Source: Clostridia bacterium (GTDB taxonomy: Bacteria; Bacillota; Clostridia; UBA1212; DUPL01). From it: DNA of 64,000 nucleotides. Positions 39,475-49,427 of this stretch are shown here, one piece after another. How positions within the stretch are numbered: position 1 is the stretch's first letter; every line of letters starts with the position of its first letter. The stretch covers positions 1 through 64,000 of the forward strand of contig JBMNIW010000006.1 in NCBI GenBank assembly GCA_050951325.1, in the 5' to 3' direction. Under the pieces are notes generated by a model. It was not told the DNA's origin, ran no database searches, and saw nothing but the letters and a program-made list of their open reading frames with translations. Both the position numbers and the translations under genes were made by a program.

Positions 39475-40746
39475 TTATCGTTCTTCCGGTTCTTCCGTCT
39501 CATCCGGTTCCAACAAGGAGATGTTGACCTCGTAGATGTATTCTCCTATCAGTTCAAACTTTTCATCCAATGTAATCTTGAGAGGAATACTGTATATTCC
39601 TACACTTCTGTCAGTCAAATCCAGGGTAGGATTCAGTGAACTTCTCTGTAAAGCTTTCAAATCCTTTTCCTTGCCTTTAATTTTAATTACAAACGCATCA
39701 GGGGATATTACATACTCGTAAACATCTAGTTCCATACCAGGCTTGCTGAGTATCAAATCAGTTATTTCAAACTCCTTAATCTGATACTCTTCAATGTCCA
39801 CAGTTAACGTAACCTTGTTGTTTCCATAAACCGAAACCCTCTCAGGCAGGAAGTCAGATATATTTATCTCCTTAATATAGTCATCCCTTCTACCCGTTAC
39901 ATCATAAGCACCCAGATTAATACTGCTTATTCTGCTCAAGTCTGCAGCACTGCCCTGCAGCAGGACTGTTGTAGAAGACAGACTTGATGAGTCAATATAG
40001 AAGTCTGTTTCAGGCTCTCCAACAACATCGTATACCAGAGGCACTTCTTTTGCCACTTCTATTTTCACTGTTATGGTTACCGTGTTGTTGAAATAGTGGG
40101 AGACATCCTCTCCCCTTTTTGAAATATATCTGCCAATAAAGCTTGCGGTCTTGTTTCCATCTATCGAGTTGCTGGCTATGCTGTCAGACAGGTTTACCTG
40201 AATCTCTTCCAGTTCCTCCACCAAGGAAGAAAGGTCGCTTACAGGTATGCTGTCAGGCTCCGCCGTTACATTGATGTATTTATAGTTTTCTTTTAACAAA
40301 GAGTCGTCATATATAAGTCTTACATCAAGATAAGTCTCCGTTCGCTTGTCGAACACAAAATCAATCTGCTTTGGATAATAGTCTTCGACTCTAATGCCGT
40401 ATCTTGAGCATGTGGGTTTACTAACATTCAGCTTAATCTCCCCAGCATCCTTTACCTCTGAAAAATCCACCGAAGAATATAGTTCACTAAGAAGAAGATT
40501 GTTAACGATATCTTCCCTGCCCTTTACAGTAACAGTAACGACCGTTGGATAGGTAACGGTAGTGTTAATCAACTCTTTTGTGGCAGGATAATTCTGATTT
40601 TCTATGGTAAGAGGTATTTCAAGGGTTCTTTCAATTACAGGATTGGAATAGTTTAGGACAAACAGCCACAAGAGTATTCCTATTATGATGGAGCTGAATA
40701 TGTAAAAGCTTTTGCTTTGAAGTATCTCCTTAAGCTTTTTATTCAT
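39475..40746 (-). CDS. cdaR: CdaR/YbbR-domain regulator of diadenylate cyclase
   Basis: N-terminal TM ending LWLFV, repeated YbbR-like beta domains, overlaps cdaA stop. Confidence 0.85.
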   Translation of the reverse strand: MNKKLKEILQSKSFYIFSSIIIGILLWLFVLNYSNPVIERTLEIPLTIENQNYPATKELINTTVTYPTVVTVTVKGREDIVNNLLLSELYSSVDFSEVKDAGEIKLNVSKPTCSRYGIRVEDYYPKQIDFVFDKRTETYLDVRLIYDDSLLKENYKYINVTAEPDSIPVSDLSSLVEELEEIQVNLSDSIASNSIDGNKTASFIGRYISKRGEDVSHYFNNTVTITVKIEVAKEVPLVYDVVGEPETDFYIDSSSLSSTTVLLQGSAADLSRISSINLGAYDVTGRRDDYIKEINISDFLPERVSVYGNNKVTLTVDIEEYQIKEFEITDLILSKPGMELDVYEYVISPDAFVIKIKGKEKDLKALQRSSLNPTLDLTDRSVGIYSIPLKITLDEKFELIGEYIYEVNISLLEPDETEEPEER

Positions 40747-41627
40747 TTGCTTCGCCCCTTCCAAAATGTAAAAATGTCCTTCTTCCGTTTGTCATCCTTT
40801 TTGACAAATTCGTTGGTTAATATGGTCCTTAAGTTGTTAGGGGTTATGTTTCTAATCAAAGTTCCTCTTCTTGCAATTGAAACCTTGCTGGTTTCCTCGG
40901 ATACAATAATACTGACACTGTCGGATGTTTCAGTTACACCAATTCCAGCTCTGTGCCTTGTACCCAGTTCCTTGCTTATATGAAGATCTCCGGTAAGAGG
41001 CAGTACGCACGCAGCAGCATGTATCTTGTTGTTACGTATTATAACGGCGCCATCATGAAGAGGCGTGTTTGGTATGAAGATGAGTTGCAAGAGTTGTGAG
41101 CTTACAACACTATCTATTATTACTCCGGTCCTTACAATTTCCCCAAGATTTATATCCTTCTCAAATACAATCAAAGCACCAACCTTGTCCCTTACAAGAC
41201 CTTCAACAGCATTGACAACTTCATCTATCATTCTTGCAGTTTCCTGGGATCCCTGAGAGCTGGTGGATCTAAAAAAATCCTTCAACTTGTTCTTTCCTAT
41301 ACCCTCAAGAGCCCTTCTAATCTCTGGCGCAAAGGTGATGATAACAATAAACGGCAAAATCTGCAAGGCAAGACTCGTCAAATAAGACACGGTAGTCAAC
41401 CCTATAAAATCGGCCAGAAGTGAAATAACAAGCACCAGAAGAATCCCTTTGATAAGCTGAAGGGCTCTGGTGTCCTTAAGCATCTGAGCCAGTTTATAGA
41501 CCACAAAGGATACAATACCTATGTCTATTACAATCCTGAAAAAACTCCAGGTATCTTTTATTCCCAAGTATTCGGTAAGATAAGTAAATATCTCGCCTAT
41601 TTCCGGATTAGCCGCAAAAATTTCCAA
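40743..41627 (-). CDS. cdaA: Diadenylate cyclase
   Basis: Three TM helices, PNTPLHDGA, LGTRHRAG, VSEET. Confidence 0.95.
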   Translation of the reverse strand: MEIFAANPEIGEIFTYLTEYLGIKDTWSFFRIVIDIGIVSFVVYKLAQMLKDTRALQLIKGILLVLVISLLADFIGLTTVSYLTSLALQILPFIVIITFAPEIRRALEGIGKNKLKDFFRSTSSQGSQETARMIDEVVNAVEGLVRDKVGALIVFEKDINLGEIVRTGVIIDSVVSSQLLQLIFIPNTPLHDGAVIIRNNKIHAAACVLPLTGDLHISKELGTRHRAGIGVTETSDSVSIIVSEETSKVSIARRGTLIRNITPNNLRTILTNEFVKKDDKRKKDIFTFWKGRSK

Positions 41628-41636
41628 AAAATCACC

Positions 41637-41780
41637 TTATCTATTTAATAAATAATATAACGTTATTGCGATGGTGGATGATGCCATTGCAATTGCCAAG
41701 ACCAGACAAATAACTCTAACTATCTTTTTCTTAATTTCCTGTTTCCTAACATAAGAATTACGCATAATCTTGTATCCCAT
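41637..41780 (-). CDS. Small single-TM protein (47 aa), below the ORF-track cutoff
   Basis: MGYKIMRNSYVRKQEIKKKIVRVICLVLAIAMASSTIAITLYYLLNR; stop overlaps the cdaA RBS (TAAGGTG). Confidence 0.55.
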   Translation of the reverse strand: MGYKIMRNSYVRKQEIKKKIVRVICLVLAIAMASSTIAITLYYLLNR

Positions 41781-41838
41781 AAATAACGCATTGCGCCATT
41801 ATGGAACCACAACCCCCTTTCCCTGTATTAAAAACCAA

Positions 41839-42381
41839 TTAATCTTCCTTGGCTTCCTCCTCGTCCTCTTCCTTCTCAGCATACTTTGCATAAATTTCTT
41901 CAATTCTGCTGATAATCATTTCTTTCTCGGCATCCATGCGCTCTTTTATCTGAGACACGGCATTATCCAAACTGTTTTTTGCCTTCTCAATCACTTCTTC
42001 AACTTCCAATCTCATGTCTCTTATGGACTTGTTCAAATCCACAATCAACATGCGTTTTTCATCTGCCTGAATTGAAAGCCTTTCCCTTTCCTTTGCAGAT
42101 TCCTCTTGAGCTTGGGCAATGATATTCTTTGCAGTATTCTCCGCATTTATTAAAACATCTGCTATCTTTGTTTTTTCTTCCTGGGCTTGAATATATGCTG
42201 TGGACAGTTCATTGAGTTTTGATGCAAGCTGTTCGCTCTTTGCTCTGAGCTCGTCGCATTCTTTCGCCTTTTCACTCAGAGACTGCTGATATTGCGATAC
42301 TAGCTTCTCTATGTATTCATTAACCTGCTTCTTGTTAAAACCGCTAAATTCCGTGTCAAATACTTTATTGCCTTTTGCCAT
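41839..42381 (-). CDS. DivIVA-domain coiled-coil protein
   Basis: FDTEFSGFNKKQVNEYIEKL N-terminal motif, IADVLINAENTA, coiled coil. Confidence 0.75.
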   Translation of the reverse strand: MAKGNKVFDTEFSGFNKKQVNEYIEKLVSQYQQSLSEKAKECDELRAKSEQLASKLNELSTAYIQAQEEKTKIADVLINAENTAKNIIAQAQEESAKERERLSIQADEKRMLIVDLNKSIRDMRLEVEEVIEKAKNSLDNAVSQIKERMDAEKEMIISRIEEIYAKYAEKEEDEEEAKED

Positions 42382-42494
42382 TTTATTCTCCTCCTGCCAG
42401 CTCTCAAAATTGTTACAGTTGTGTATAATTCTACTTATTCAGTATATTGTATTGACTATCTTTCGTCAAGTTCAAATTATGCCATTTAGATGTA

Positions 42495-43760
42495 CTACCA
42501 CCTTCTTTTTACATAAGGAAAAGGCGTCTCGGAAGGCAACACACTTTGCGTTGGTTCTGGTGTTTTGTCAGGTGTAGGAGACGGTGTTGTCTCAGGCTCG
42601 ACATATATGACCGCATAAGAGCTGTGAGAGGACGAAAAAACACACCCTTCAAAGCCCACCTTTGCCTCACCCACTATTTCAACAATATTGTAACCTACAT
42701 GCAAATCCTGTCTTCTAAAAGTTAGAAACATGTCACTCGTCGAAAAAACAACCTTGTCCCCTTCCTTTACAACATTATATAAACTTCTACTCACACCATC
42801 TGAATACAACCTGTAAAAAACAACATCCTCTCTTGTATATGTAAACTTCTTCATAAGCTCGCTCAAGCCAGTATAATTATCCCTAAAAGTTCCCCTTACC
42901 CTGTAACCTACGACCACCGAATCCTCGTCTTTTTCTATCTTGTATAAGGAATTCGCAAAATCCACCTCACACTCAATACCGTGAAAAACCTTTTCCCAAC
43001 TCGGATTTATACTGCCTGTAAAGGTTGCATATCTGTAAACCGAACCGTCATTTAACGACTGGTAGTAAAGAACAAGGCTTCCGCCTCCCGAACCCCAGCC
43101 TGTAATCCTTGCATATTCAAACAGAGAAGGCAGCTCCTGTCCCTCTCCCACCAGCATCGACTCCTTGAACTTCTGATACACTGTAACAGTTCTTCCATCG
43201 TAATATGTATGCACAAAGTTCCAAGCAGGACTGTCAGGACTGTCAACGAGATGTCTTATGCCTTCAAAATATGCATTGCCTTCCTTTGGAATACCGTACC
43301 TCTCTTTCAGATAGTCAGGCAAACTGGAATATTTCACAATTCTGTACACATGTTCACCAGGAACCGTATCTTCAGGAAACGCTATGTTTGTATATACGGT
43401 TCCATTTATGGACAAACCAAGATATCTGTACTCGCCCCTAATTCCACCGCCCGAGCAGAAATATCCGTGGGGGGTCTGCTTGAATGAGTTTGAATAACCC
43501 AAATCAACACACGATGCGGGATCTCCATAAACAAGAAAACCCTTGTCAATATACATCTCCACATTGAAAGAATACGATTTTGTCCCTGACTTTGTATTTA
43601 CATATATTACAGGAGTATTCCTGTACAGATGAGGAAGCGTGTTTCTTATATCATTAAAAGTTACAGACACTCCATCACCATAAACAGAAGGATCATCCAT
43701 CGCCCAACTGGAACAAATCAATATAAACCAGAAAAGAAAGACAAGCAAAACCTTTCTCAT
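42495..43760 (-). CDS. Secreted hypothetical protein (Athe_2463-like motif)
   Basis: Signal peptide; LVYGDP, GEYRYLG..NG..YTN..FPED; PT-rich C-terminus. Family name recalled from memory. Confidence 0.55.
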   Translation of the reverse strand: MRKVLLVFLFWFILICSSWAMDDPSVYGDGVSVTFNDIRNTLPHLYRNTPVIYVNTKSGTKSYSFNVEMYIDKGFLVYGDPASCVDLGYSNSFKQTPHGYFCSGGGIRGEYRYLGLSINGTVYTNIAFPEDTVPGEHVYRIVKYSSLPDYLKERYGIPKEGNAYFEGIRHLVDSPDSPAWNFVHTYYDGRTVTVYQKFKESMLVGEGQELPSLFEYARITGWGSGGGSLVLYYQSLNDGSVYRYATFTGSINPSWEKVFHGIECEVDFANSLYKIEKDEDSVVVGYRVRGTFRDNYTGLSELMKKFTYTREDVVFYRLYSDGVSRSLYNVVKEGDKVVFSTSDMFLTFRRQDLHVGYNIVEIVGEAKVGFEGCVFSSSHSSYAVIYVEPETTPSPTPDKTPEPTQSVLPSETPFPYVKRRW

Positions 43761-44905
43761 TTTGCATCACATCCCAAGGTGATGACATAAATATCATTAT
43801 GTACAAGATTTATACCAACCTTCAGATCCCCAAACCTTCTTGCGCCATTGTCCCCGTTTTCAATAACATCCTTTGCAAACTCCAAAAAACTTTCCTTGTA
43901 CTCCCCACATACAACTTCAGAACACACATTAAGCCCCGCCTTTATATTCTCCGTATCAAGACGGGATACTTCCACAACCACATCCTTGTCCAAAAAGAAT
44001 AAAACAGGAATCTCCAGCATCCCAAAAACAAGGGAGTTGTACCACAAGCTAAAAGACATGTTGTCAAGACCTATTGTCATATATACCTTGTCATTATCTC
44101 CAAGAAGGTTTTCCAACTTCTTTGCAACATAAAGACAAGGCAGGTCATTAATGCACAAATATGCATGTTCTTTGTTTATGCCATTGTCAAACTCATCATC
44201 TTCCCAAAAGTTTATCCTTATGCAATCCAACGGCAAATATTCTTTGTCAAACAAATTGTCAATTACTTTCAAAGCCTCTTCCCTGGTTACCTTTTCCCTA
44301 GCATTAAAATATGCCTCATAGCTGCTGTCACTGAAGAATATGTCAATATATCCGTAATGGCAGGCATCAAGGCATGCCTTTCTATACTTTTTATTAATCA
44401 AATCATAATCTTTAAGGATGTTTTCAAATCTTGTACTGTCAACATTCTCACAGTAAATATGGAAGGTTCTTTGAAAACCATCCCTCATCATTTCCGTTCT
44501 TACACTCATCCGCTTGGCGCTTTCCATCTGTTTTAATAAAATCTCATCTTCTCTGTCTCTTACTACGACAACTTCCCTGCCCTGAAACAACTTTTTGAAA
44601 AAGGAGGACTCTTCTCCCCTTTCCACCAATATTTTCTCCGGTATGTATTTGTTTTTCAAGTATGGTGTGTTTTCAATATACTCCGATATAAGTTGGCACA
44701 TCTTCTCCCTTGTCAATACACTATTGCCTGCATTCTGTTTTGATAATTTAATCCCTTTTTCCTTTCCTTTTTCAGAAAGCATAATATAAAACTCCTCATG
44801 AGTTACATTAAAACCGTCACTTTCATCCATACCCTGTCCACACCCCGCAAAAAAAAGAATACCTGCAATGGACAAAACAAACAAAAGGACTGTCCTAATA
44901 CCCAT
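43757..44905 (-). CDS. Lipoprotein with degenerate SLH-like motifs
   Basis: Lipobox FAGC; LTREKMCQLI and FNAREKVTREEALKVI. Confidence 0.55.
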   Translation of the reverse strand: MGIRTVLLFVLSIAGILFFAGCGQGMDESDGFNVTHEEFYIMLSEKGKEKGIKLSKQNAGNSVLTREKMCQLISEYIENTPYLKNKYIPEKILVERGEESSFFKKLFQGREVVVVRDREDEILLKQMESAKRMSVRTEMMRDGFQRTFHIYCENVDSTRFENILKDYDLINKKYRKACLDACHYGYIDIFFSDSSYEAYFNAREKVTREEALKVIDNLFDKEYLPLDCIRINFWEDDEFDNGINKEHAYLCINDLPCLYVAKKLENLLGDNDKVYMTIGLDNMSFSLWYNSLVFGMLEIPVLFFLDKDVVVEVSRLDTENIKAGLNVCSEVVCGEYKESFLEFAKDVIENGDNGARRFGDLKVGINLVHNDIYVITLGCDAK

Positions 44906-44977
44906 AAAAAACCTCCTCGTTTTTTATGGATATTATATCAGTCTGTAGGAATTTGTCGCATTATTACCCGAAAATAA

Positions 44978-45445
44978 TTAGAGGGCATGAAACTCTATTC
45001 CATGCGGTGACAAGGAAACTGGCGTGTTTTGACTCCATATTCTCAGCAAAAACACCAGCCTGTTATTTCCCTTAACGCATACATGCCTCTGTATAAAGTA
45101 ATATTGTTCATCCTTTTTTCTACCATATACTCGATAAAGTTCACTCTGCTCCTCAATCTCAAAAACAGGCCTTTTCACAACACAGCCATTTCGGTTGTAG
45201 TATTGTTTGAAAGACGGATTATCCACATACAAGACACATACAGTCTTACCATCTGCAGAAACACGTATTCTATAACCATGCTCTGCTTTTATCGATATAC
45301 TCATATCAGGACTAAACCCGCTTATGTCGTCTCTTGCATACTTGAGAACAAGCTGCCTGGGTACATCACGCTCCAAAATTTCCAGGAGACTGTCAGCCTC
45401 CCCGAAAGGTTTCATAAACCCAGATACATCCGGAACATAGGCCAT
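44978..45445 (-). CDS. Hypothetical protein
   Basis: ORF with GAGGTG RBS, co-directional downstream of the ATPase/TOPRIM pair. Confidence 0.55.
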   Translation of the reverse strand: MAYVPDVSGFMKPFGEADSLLEILERDVPRQLVLKYARDDISGFSPDMSISIKAEHGYRIRVSADGKTVCVLYVDNPSFKQYYNRNGCVVKRPVFEIEEQSELYRVYGRKKDEQYYFIQRHVCVKGNNRLVFLLRIWSQNTPVSLSPHGIEFHAL

Positions 45446-45486
45446 GCACAGCACCTCGCATATATATTAATCCAATATAACATATG

Positions 45487-46188
45487 TTACGGAAGTTGCG
45501 TACGTTCCTTAATCTTCATGCACAAATCTACAAATCGTGAGAAGGATTCCAAATGACCTGTGTAATATGACCTTAATATGAGTTCTGTCAGGTAATCCTT
45601 GCTGCAAACTTCATATGGTCTTCCTTTGGTATAGTTCATACCATTCTTTTTCATAAGTGTTCTTAAATATTTGTAATGGAACATTGCAATACTGTCCGTT
45701 GAATATATGGGTTTTGGCATAAGCTCAGGATCTTTTTCCCCTACATTGTAAAAGTTTATGTACTTTTCAATATCCGCACCTCTTAAACTCTTCTTCACAA
45801 GCTCCCTGTTCCCCAAAAACCAGCTTTCGATACACACCTTTTGAGTTATCACCACAAGCTCGGCCTTTGGTTCAACACCGTTATCCTTGAGTCTATCCAA
45901 AACGGCCTGCTCCCTCTCGTAACAATCCTCATCATCCGTATCCAAACATATTATATAGTAATCGAAAGCACCAATCTCATTAATATCCATTGCCCCAGCC
46001 ACCGCGTCTTTAAGCATGTTTGGATAACCACCGCCATCAAACAGATAATAGTGGTTGCCTTTGACATTGTTGTCCTTTAACATGAAAGGATCCTTTAAAC
46101 GCTTGAAACCAGGCAACAGATGCCCAAGCCAGCTTGGATAAACAATACTTTCGGTCCTTCTGCCTTCAACAAGAATATACAGATTCAT
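45487..46188 (-). CDS. TOPRIM-like protein (OLD/AriB/RloB-like)
   Basis: N-terminal LVEGRRTE, DTD (DxD) motif, CIESWFLG. Confidence 0.7.
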   Translation of the reverse strand: MNLYILVEGRRTESIVYPSWLGHLLPGFKRLKDPFMLKDNNVKGNHYYLFDGGGYPNMLKDAVAGAMDINEIGAFDYYIICLDTDDEDCYEREQAVLDRLKDNGVEPKAELVVITQKVCIESWFLGNRELVKKSLRGADIEKYINFYNVGEKDPELMPKPIYSTDSIAMFHYKYLRTLMKKNGMNYTKGRPYEVCSKDYLTELILRSYYTGHLESFSRFVDLCMKIKERTQLP

Positions 46189-46190
46189 GG

Positions 46191-47246
46191 TCAGTCAAAA
46201 ATCCCTTCCGTATATTCTTCAAGATTCATAAGCTGCTTGAAGGCTTCATGGTGGGACCTGCCAAGCCCAAGTTCCTCCTTGCCCTTTGTATAAATTCTGT
46301 TTCCACCTCTAAGAACCACCTGCCAGTGTGCCATGTCCACATTGTTTATTACATAAGGGTGATGGCTTGTAACAATGATTTGATAGTTCCTTTCGTTGCT
46401 GTTCAGCATGTCAAGTACCAAATCAAGACATCTTGTACCCATGCTGTTTTCAAACTCGTCTATTAGCAGAACACTGCCTTCCGGGAGCATGTTGAAAGCA
46501 GCTATGTGAAACAATCCTTTCTTCATGCCTGATGACAATCCTTCATAACTTATCCAGTCCGTTGTCTTTTCCTTTAAATAGAAGGTGTAGTCACTGCCTG
46601 TCCTGTCGTAATCAAACCTCATGTCTTCCACCATGGGAAACACGGTAATATAGTCGTCCTTTATGTCTTGAAAAACATTAAAGCCTCTCGTATAGGAAAC
46701 CAGCATCTTCTCATATATTGACAAATTCGCATACCTAAGACTTTCCTCATCCACACCGTTTGCATTCCTTGCCACGCTAGGCCTTATAAATACCTCATCA
46801 GGTATGCTGTTAATGTTTATAAAATATATGTGCATAATTTCTTCATACACCCTTTTGATATCTCCCACACCCCAGAATACAGCCAGTAAACTGAGACGGT
46901 CCGACACCTTTGGAACATTAACACCCTCAAGGAGAATTTCGCTTTCATCTCTTGAAAAAGTCGTCCATTCGCCTTTTATCAGCGACTCTTCAACAATCCT
47001 GCCATTTTCAATTTGTCCCGACCATTTGTAACTGGAATCCTCTATAACAAAATCAAGACTCCAGATAATGCTGGCAGTATCTTCAACATCACCCAGAACA
47101 ATCTTTTTCATGGTATTGATGCAGTTCAACACCCTGGTCTTGCCTACTCCGGATACACCCACAAGAAGTGTAAGAATATCGTTGAACTTAAGTAAAAATG
47201 TATTCTTGTTTGTCTTGTCCACATATTCAAGCCTGGTTATTATCAA
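46191..47246 (-). CDS. ABC-type AAA ATPase (AAA_21-like)
   Basis: Walker A GVSGVGKT, signature LSSG, Walker B LLIDEFEN, H-loop TSHHP; no TM partner. Confidence 0.85.
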   Translation of the reverse strand: MIITRLEYVDKTNKNTFLLKFNDILTLLVGVSGVGKTRVLNCINTMKKIVLGDVEDTASIIWSLDFVIEDSSYKWSGQIENGRIVEESLIKGEWTTFSRDESEILLEGVNVPKVSDRLSLLAVFWGVGDIKRVYEEIMHIYFININSIPDEVFIRPSVARNANGVDEESLRYANLSIYEKMLVSYTRGFNVFQDIKDDYITVFPMVEDMRFDYDRTGSDYTFYLKEKTTDWISYEGLSSGMKKGLFHIAAFNMLPEGSVLLIDEFENSMGTRCLDLVLDMLNSNERNYQIIVTSHHPYVINNVDMAHWQVVLRGGNRIYTKGKEELGLGRSHHEAFKQLMNLEEYTEGIFD

Positions 47247-47447
47247 TTCTTTTCACCTCTTACTGTCCTTTGCTTTTATTGTACAACTTTTGTGGAAAAA
47301 TAACAAACATATACAAATCAAAAGGCTAAAAATAAACAATATGAACAACACTTGTACATTTTCCGTTATTTTAACATATTTTATTGAAATGTTACAAACA
47401 CTGTGCTATACTGAAACAAAAATATGAAGAGCTGGGAGGTAAATTAT

Positions 47448-48524
47448 ATGCTCAAAAAAGGGATAATAACAGTTTTAATTGCGGTAATCCTGTGCGTTTC
47501 CATGACATTCCAGTCTTTTGCCGCATTGTATGAGCTTAAGATAACGCTTGACGATGAGGAAGACGGAGCATCTCTTAGAGAGGTACTGGATTTGCTTGAT
47601 GTGTTTGAATTCAACCCAGTTACACCCACATCAGATGCAACCGTGGAATCCGATGGTGATAACAAGTACATAAAAACAGCAGGCTATTTGGATATCACCT
47701 CTTGGGATTACATCGATGTACCTTACACCTTTTCCGTTGATTACAGAATTGTATCGGAAAACGAAAACGTAGGGTTTTTCGTTCGAGGAGTGTATCCGTC
47801 ATCCTTCAGCAAAGTCAATCCGCAGAACCAAGGCGTGGATCAGCAATTTGGCTACTTTGAATGGGATTGGTATAAAGAAAACGGCGGTCAGGACGGAGTA
47901 TCCGGCATTGGTGGTTCAGGTATCGTGGTAACACCAAAGAAAACGGAACTTTTGATTCGCCTTAAAAACTGGAAGCCAGACGGCCTTAACATCTCAAGCG
48001 AAAGAGTTTCAATCCCCTTGCCTGAAGATGTAGACAACAACGCATTTAATACAATTTCCTTCAAGGACGATGGCGAGAAAAAAGTAGAAATATTCTTTAA
48101 TGACATCCTTATGGCTACTGTGGAATTCTCTGAACCGGGTGTGTATGAAGAAGATGAAGAGGACGACAACGAATACTTCAAAAATGCAGTTGTCAAGGAT
48201 GCAGAAGGCAATGAACTGCTAAGCTTGGACAATGCCAGAATCAATGCAGAAGGCAGCCAGGTAGCCATCGGCGTCAGAAACATTGAATTCCAATTTGACA
48301 ACATTTACATCTCCTATGAGGTACCCGATACACCGGAACCAACAGATACACCCGAACCTAAGGAAACAGACACACCTGCTCCACAAACCACAACCCCTGC
48401 AGACAACGATGAAACCGACAAGGACAAAGGTGGAAACATGCTCCTATTTTTATTTGTAGGCGGTGCAGTTGTGTTGGTTGCAGTTGCTGCAGTACTGATT
48501 ATAATATCCAAAAAGAAACAGTAA
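47448..48524 (+). CDS. Acidic surface protein with PT linker and C-terminal TM anchor
   Basis: Signal peptide (SFA), beta-rich domain, DTPEP repeats, TM + KKK; paralog of 10293-10919. Confidence 0.8.
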   Translation: MLKKGIITVLIAVILCVSMTFQSFAALYELKITLDDEEDGASLREVLDLLDVFEFNPVTPTSDATVESDGDNKYIKTAGYLDITSWDYIDVPYTFSVDYRIVSENENVGFFVRGVYPSSFSKVNPQNQGVDQQFGYFEWDWYKENGGQDGVSGIGGSGIVVTPKKTELLIRLKNWKPDGLNISSERVSIPLPEDVDNNAFNTISFKDDGEKKVEIFFNDILMATVEFSEPGVYEEDEEDDNEYFKNAVVKDAEGNELLSLDNARINAEGSQVAIGVRNIEFQFDNIYISYEVPDTPEPTDTPEPKETDTPAPQTTTPADNDETDKDKGGNMLLFLFVGGAVVLVAVAAVLIIISKKKQ

Positions 48525-48626
48525 TTCTTCACACTATTCCTGAAAGGACTGAGGCTTTTTGTGCTTCAGTTCTTTTTTTATGGTATAATATGAGGGTTGA
48601 GTAAGATAAAGAAAGGAAGCTGACAG

Positions 48627-49427
48627 TTGCAGGAAATATACAATATGCACACCCACATTTTCCCTGAAAAGATATCGGACAAGGCCGTGGAAGCTGTGGG
48701 AAGTTTTTATGGTATTAAAATGCAGAGAAAAGGCACTTCAAAAGACCTTGTGGAAGACGGAGGCAAAATAGGTGTCACAAAGTATCTTGTGAGTTCTACA
48801 GCAACAAAACCCAGCCAGGTATCATCCATAAATCATTTTATATCTCAGGCAGTCAAGACAAACAGTGAATTTATAGGTTTTGGCTCCCTTCATCCAAAAA
48901 GTGAAAATATAGAGAAAGACATTGAAGAAATACTTGATTTGAAACTATCTGGTATTAAACTCCATCCTGATTTTCAGGAGTTTGATTTGGACGACCCGAT
49001 AACATACAATATGTTTGACCTGTGCCAAGGGAAACTCCCCTTCCTTATACATATGGGAGACAACAGATACACATATTCCCAACCCTGGAGGCTTCTTAGC
49101 ATACTGGAGAAATTCCCGAAACTGGTTGTAATTGCCGCTCATTTGGGCGGTTATACAATGTGGACAAGACTCAAAACACCATATTTATCCCATCCCAGAA
49201 TATATATGGATACATCCAGTTCGCTTCCTTTTTTATCACCGGAAGAGGCGGTCTATTTAATTAGAAAACATGGAATAGCGAAAGTGTTTTTTGGCACGGA
49301 TTATCCAATGTGGGATCATGTAGGTGAATTTGAAAGATTCATGAAACTTCCCCTTACGGACAAGGAAAAAGAAATGATTCTATGTACCAACGCAAAAAGT
49401 TTCCTACTCCAATGCCATAATAACTAA
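48627..49427 (+). CDS. Amidohydrolase_2-family metallo-hydrolase
   Basis: HTH(IFP), GIKLHP, IHMGD, AHLGG, FGTDYP. Confidence 0.9.
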   Translation: MQEIYNMHTHIFPEKISDKAVEAVGSFYGIKMQRKGTSKDLVEDGGKIGVTKYLVSSTATKPSQVSSINHFISQAVKTNSEFIGFGSLHPKSENIEKDIEEILDLKLSGIKLHPDFQEFDLDDPITYNMFDLCQGKLPFLIHMGDNRYTYSQPWRLLSILEKFPKLVVIAAHLGGYTMWTRLKTPYLSHPRIYMDTSSSLPFLSPEEAVYLIRKHGIAKVFFGTDYPMWDHVGEFERFMKLPLTDKEKEMILCTNAKSFLLQCHNN

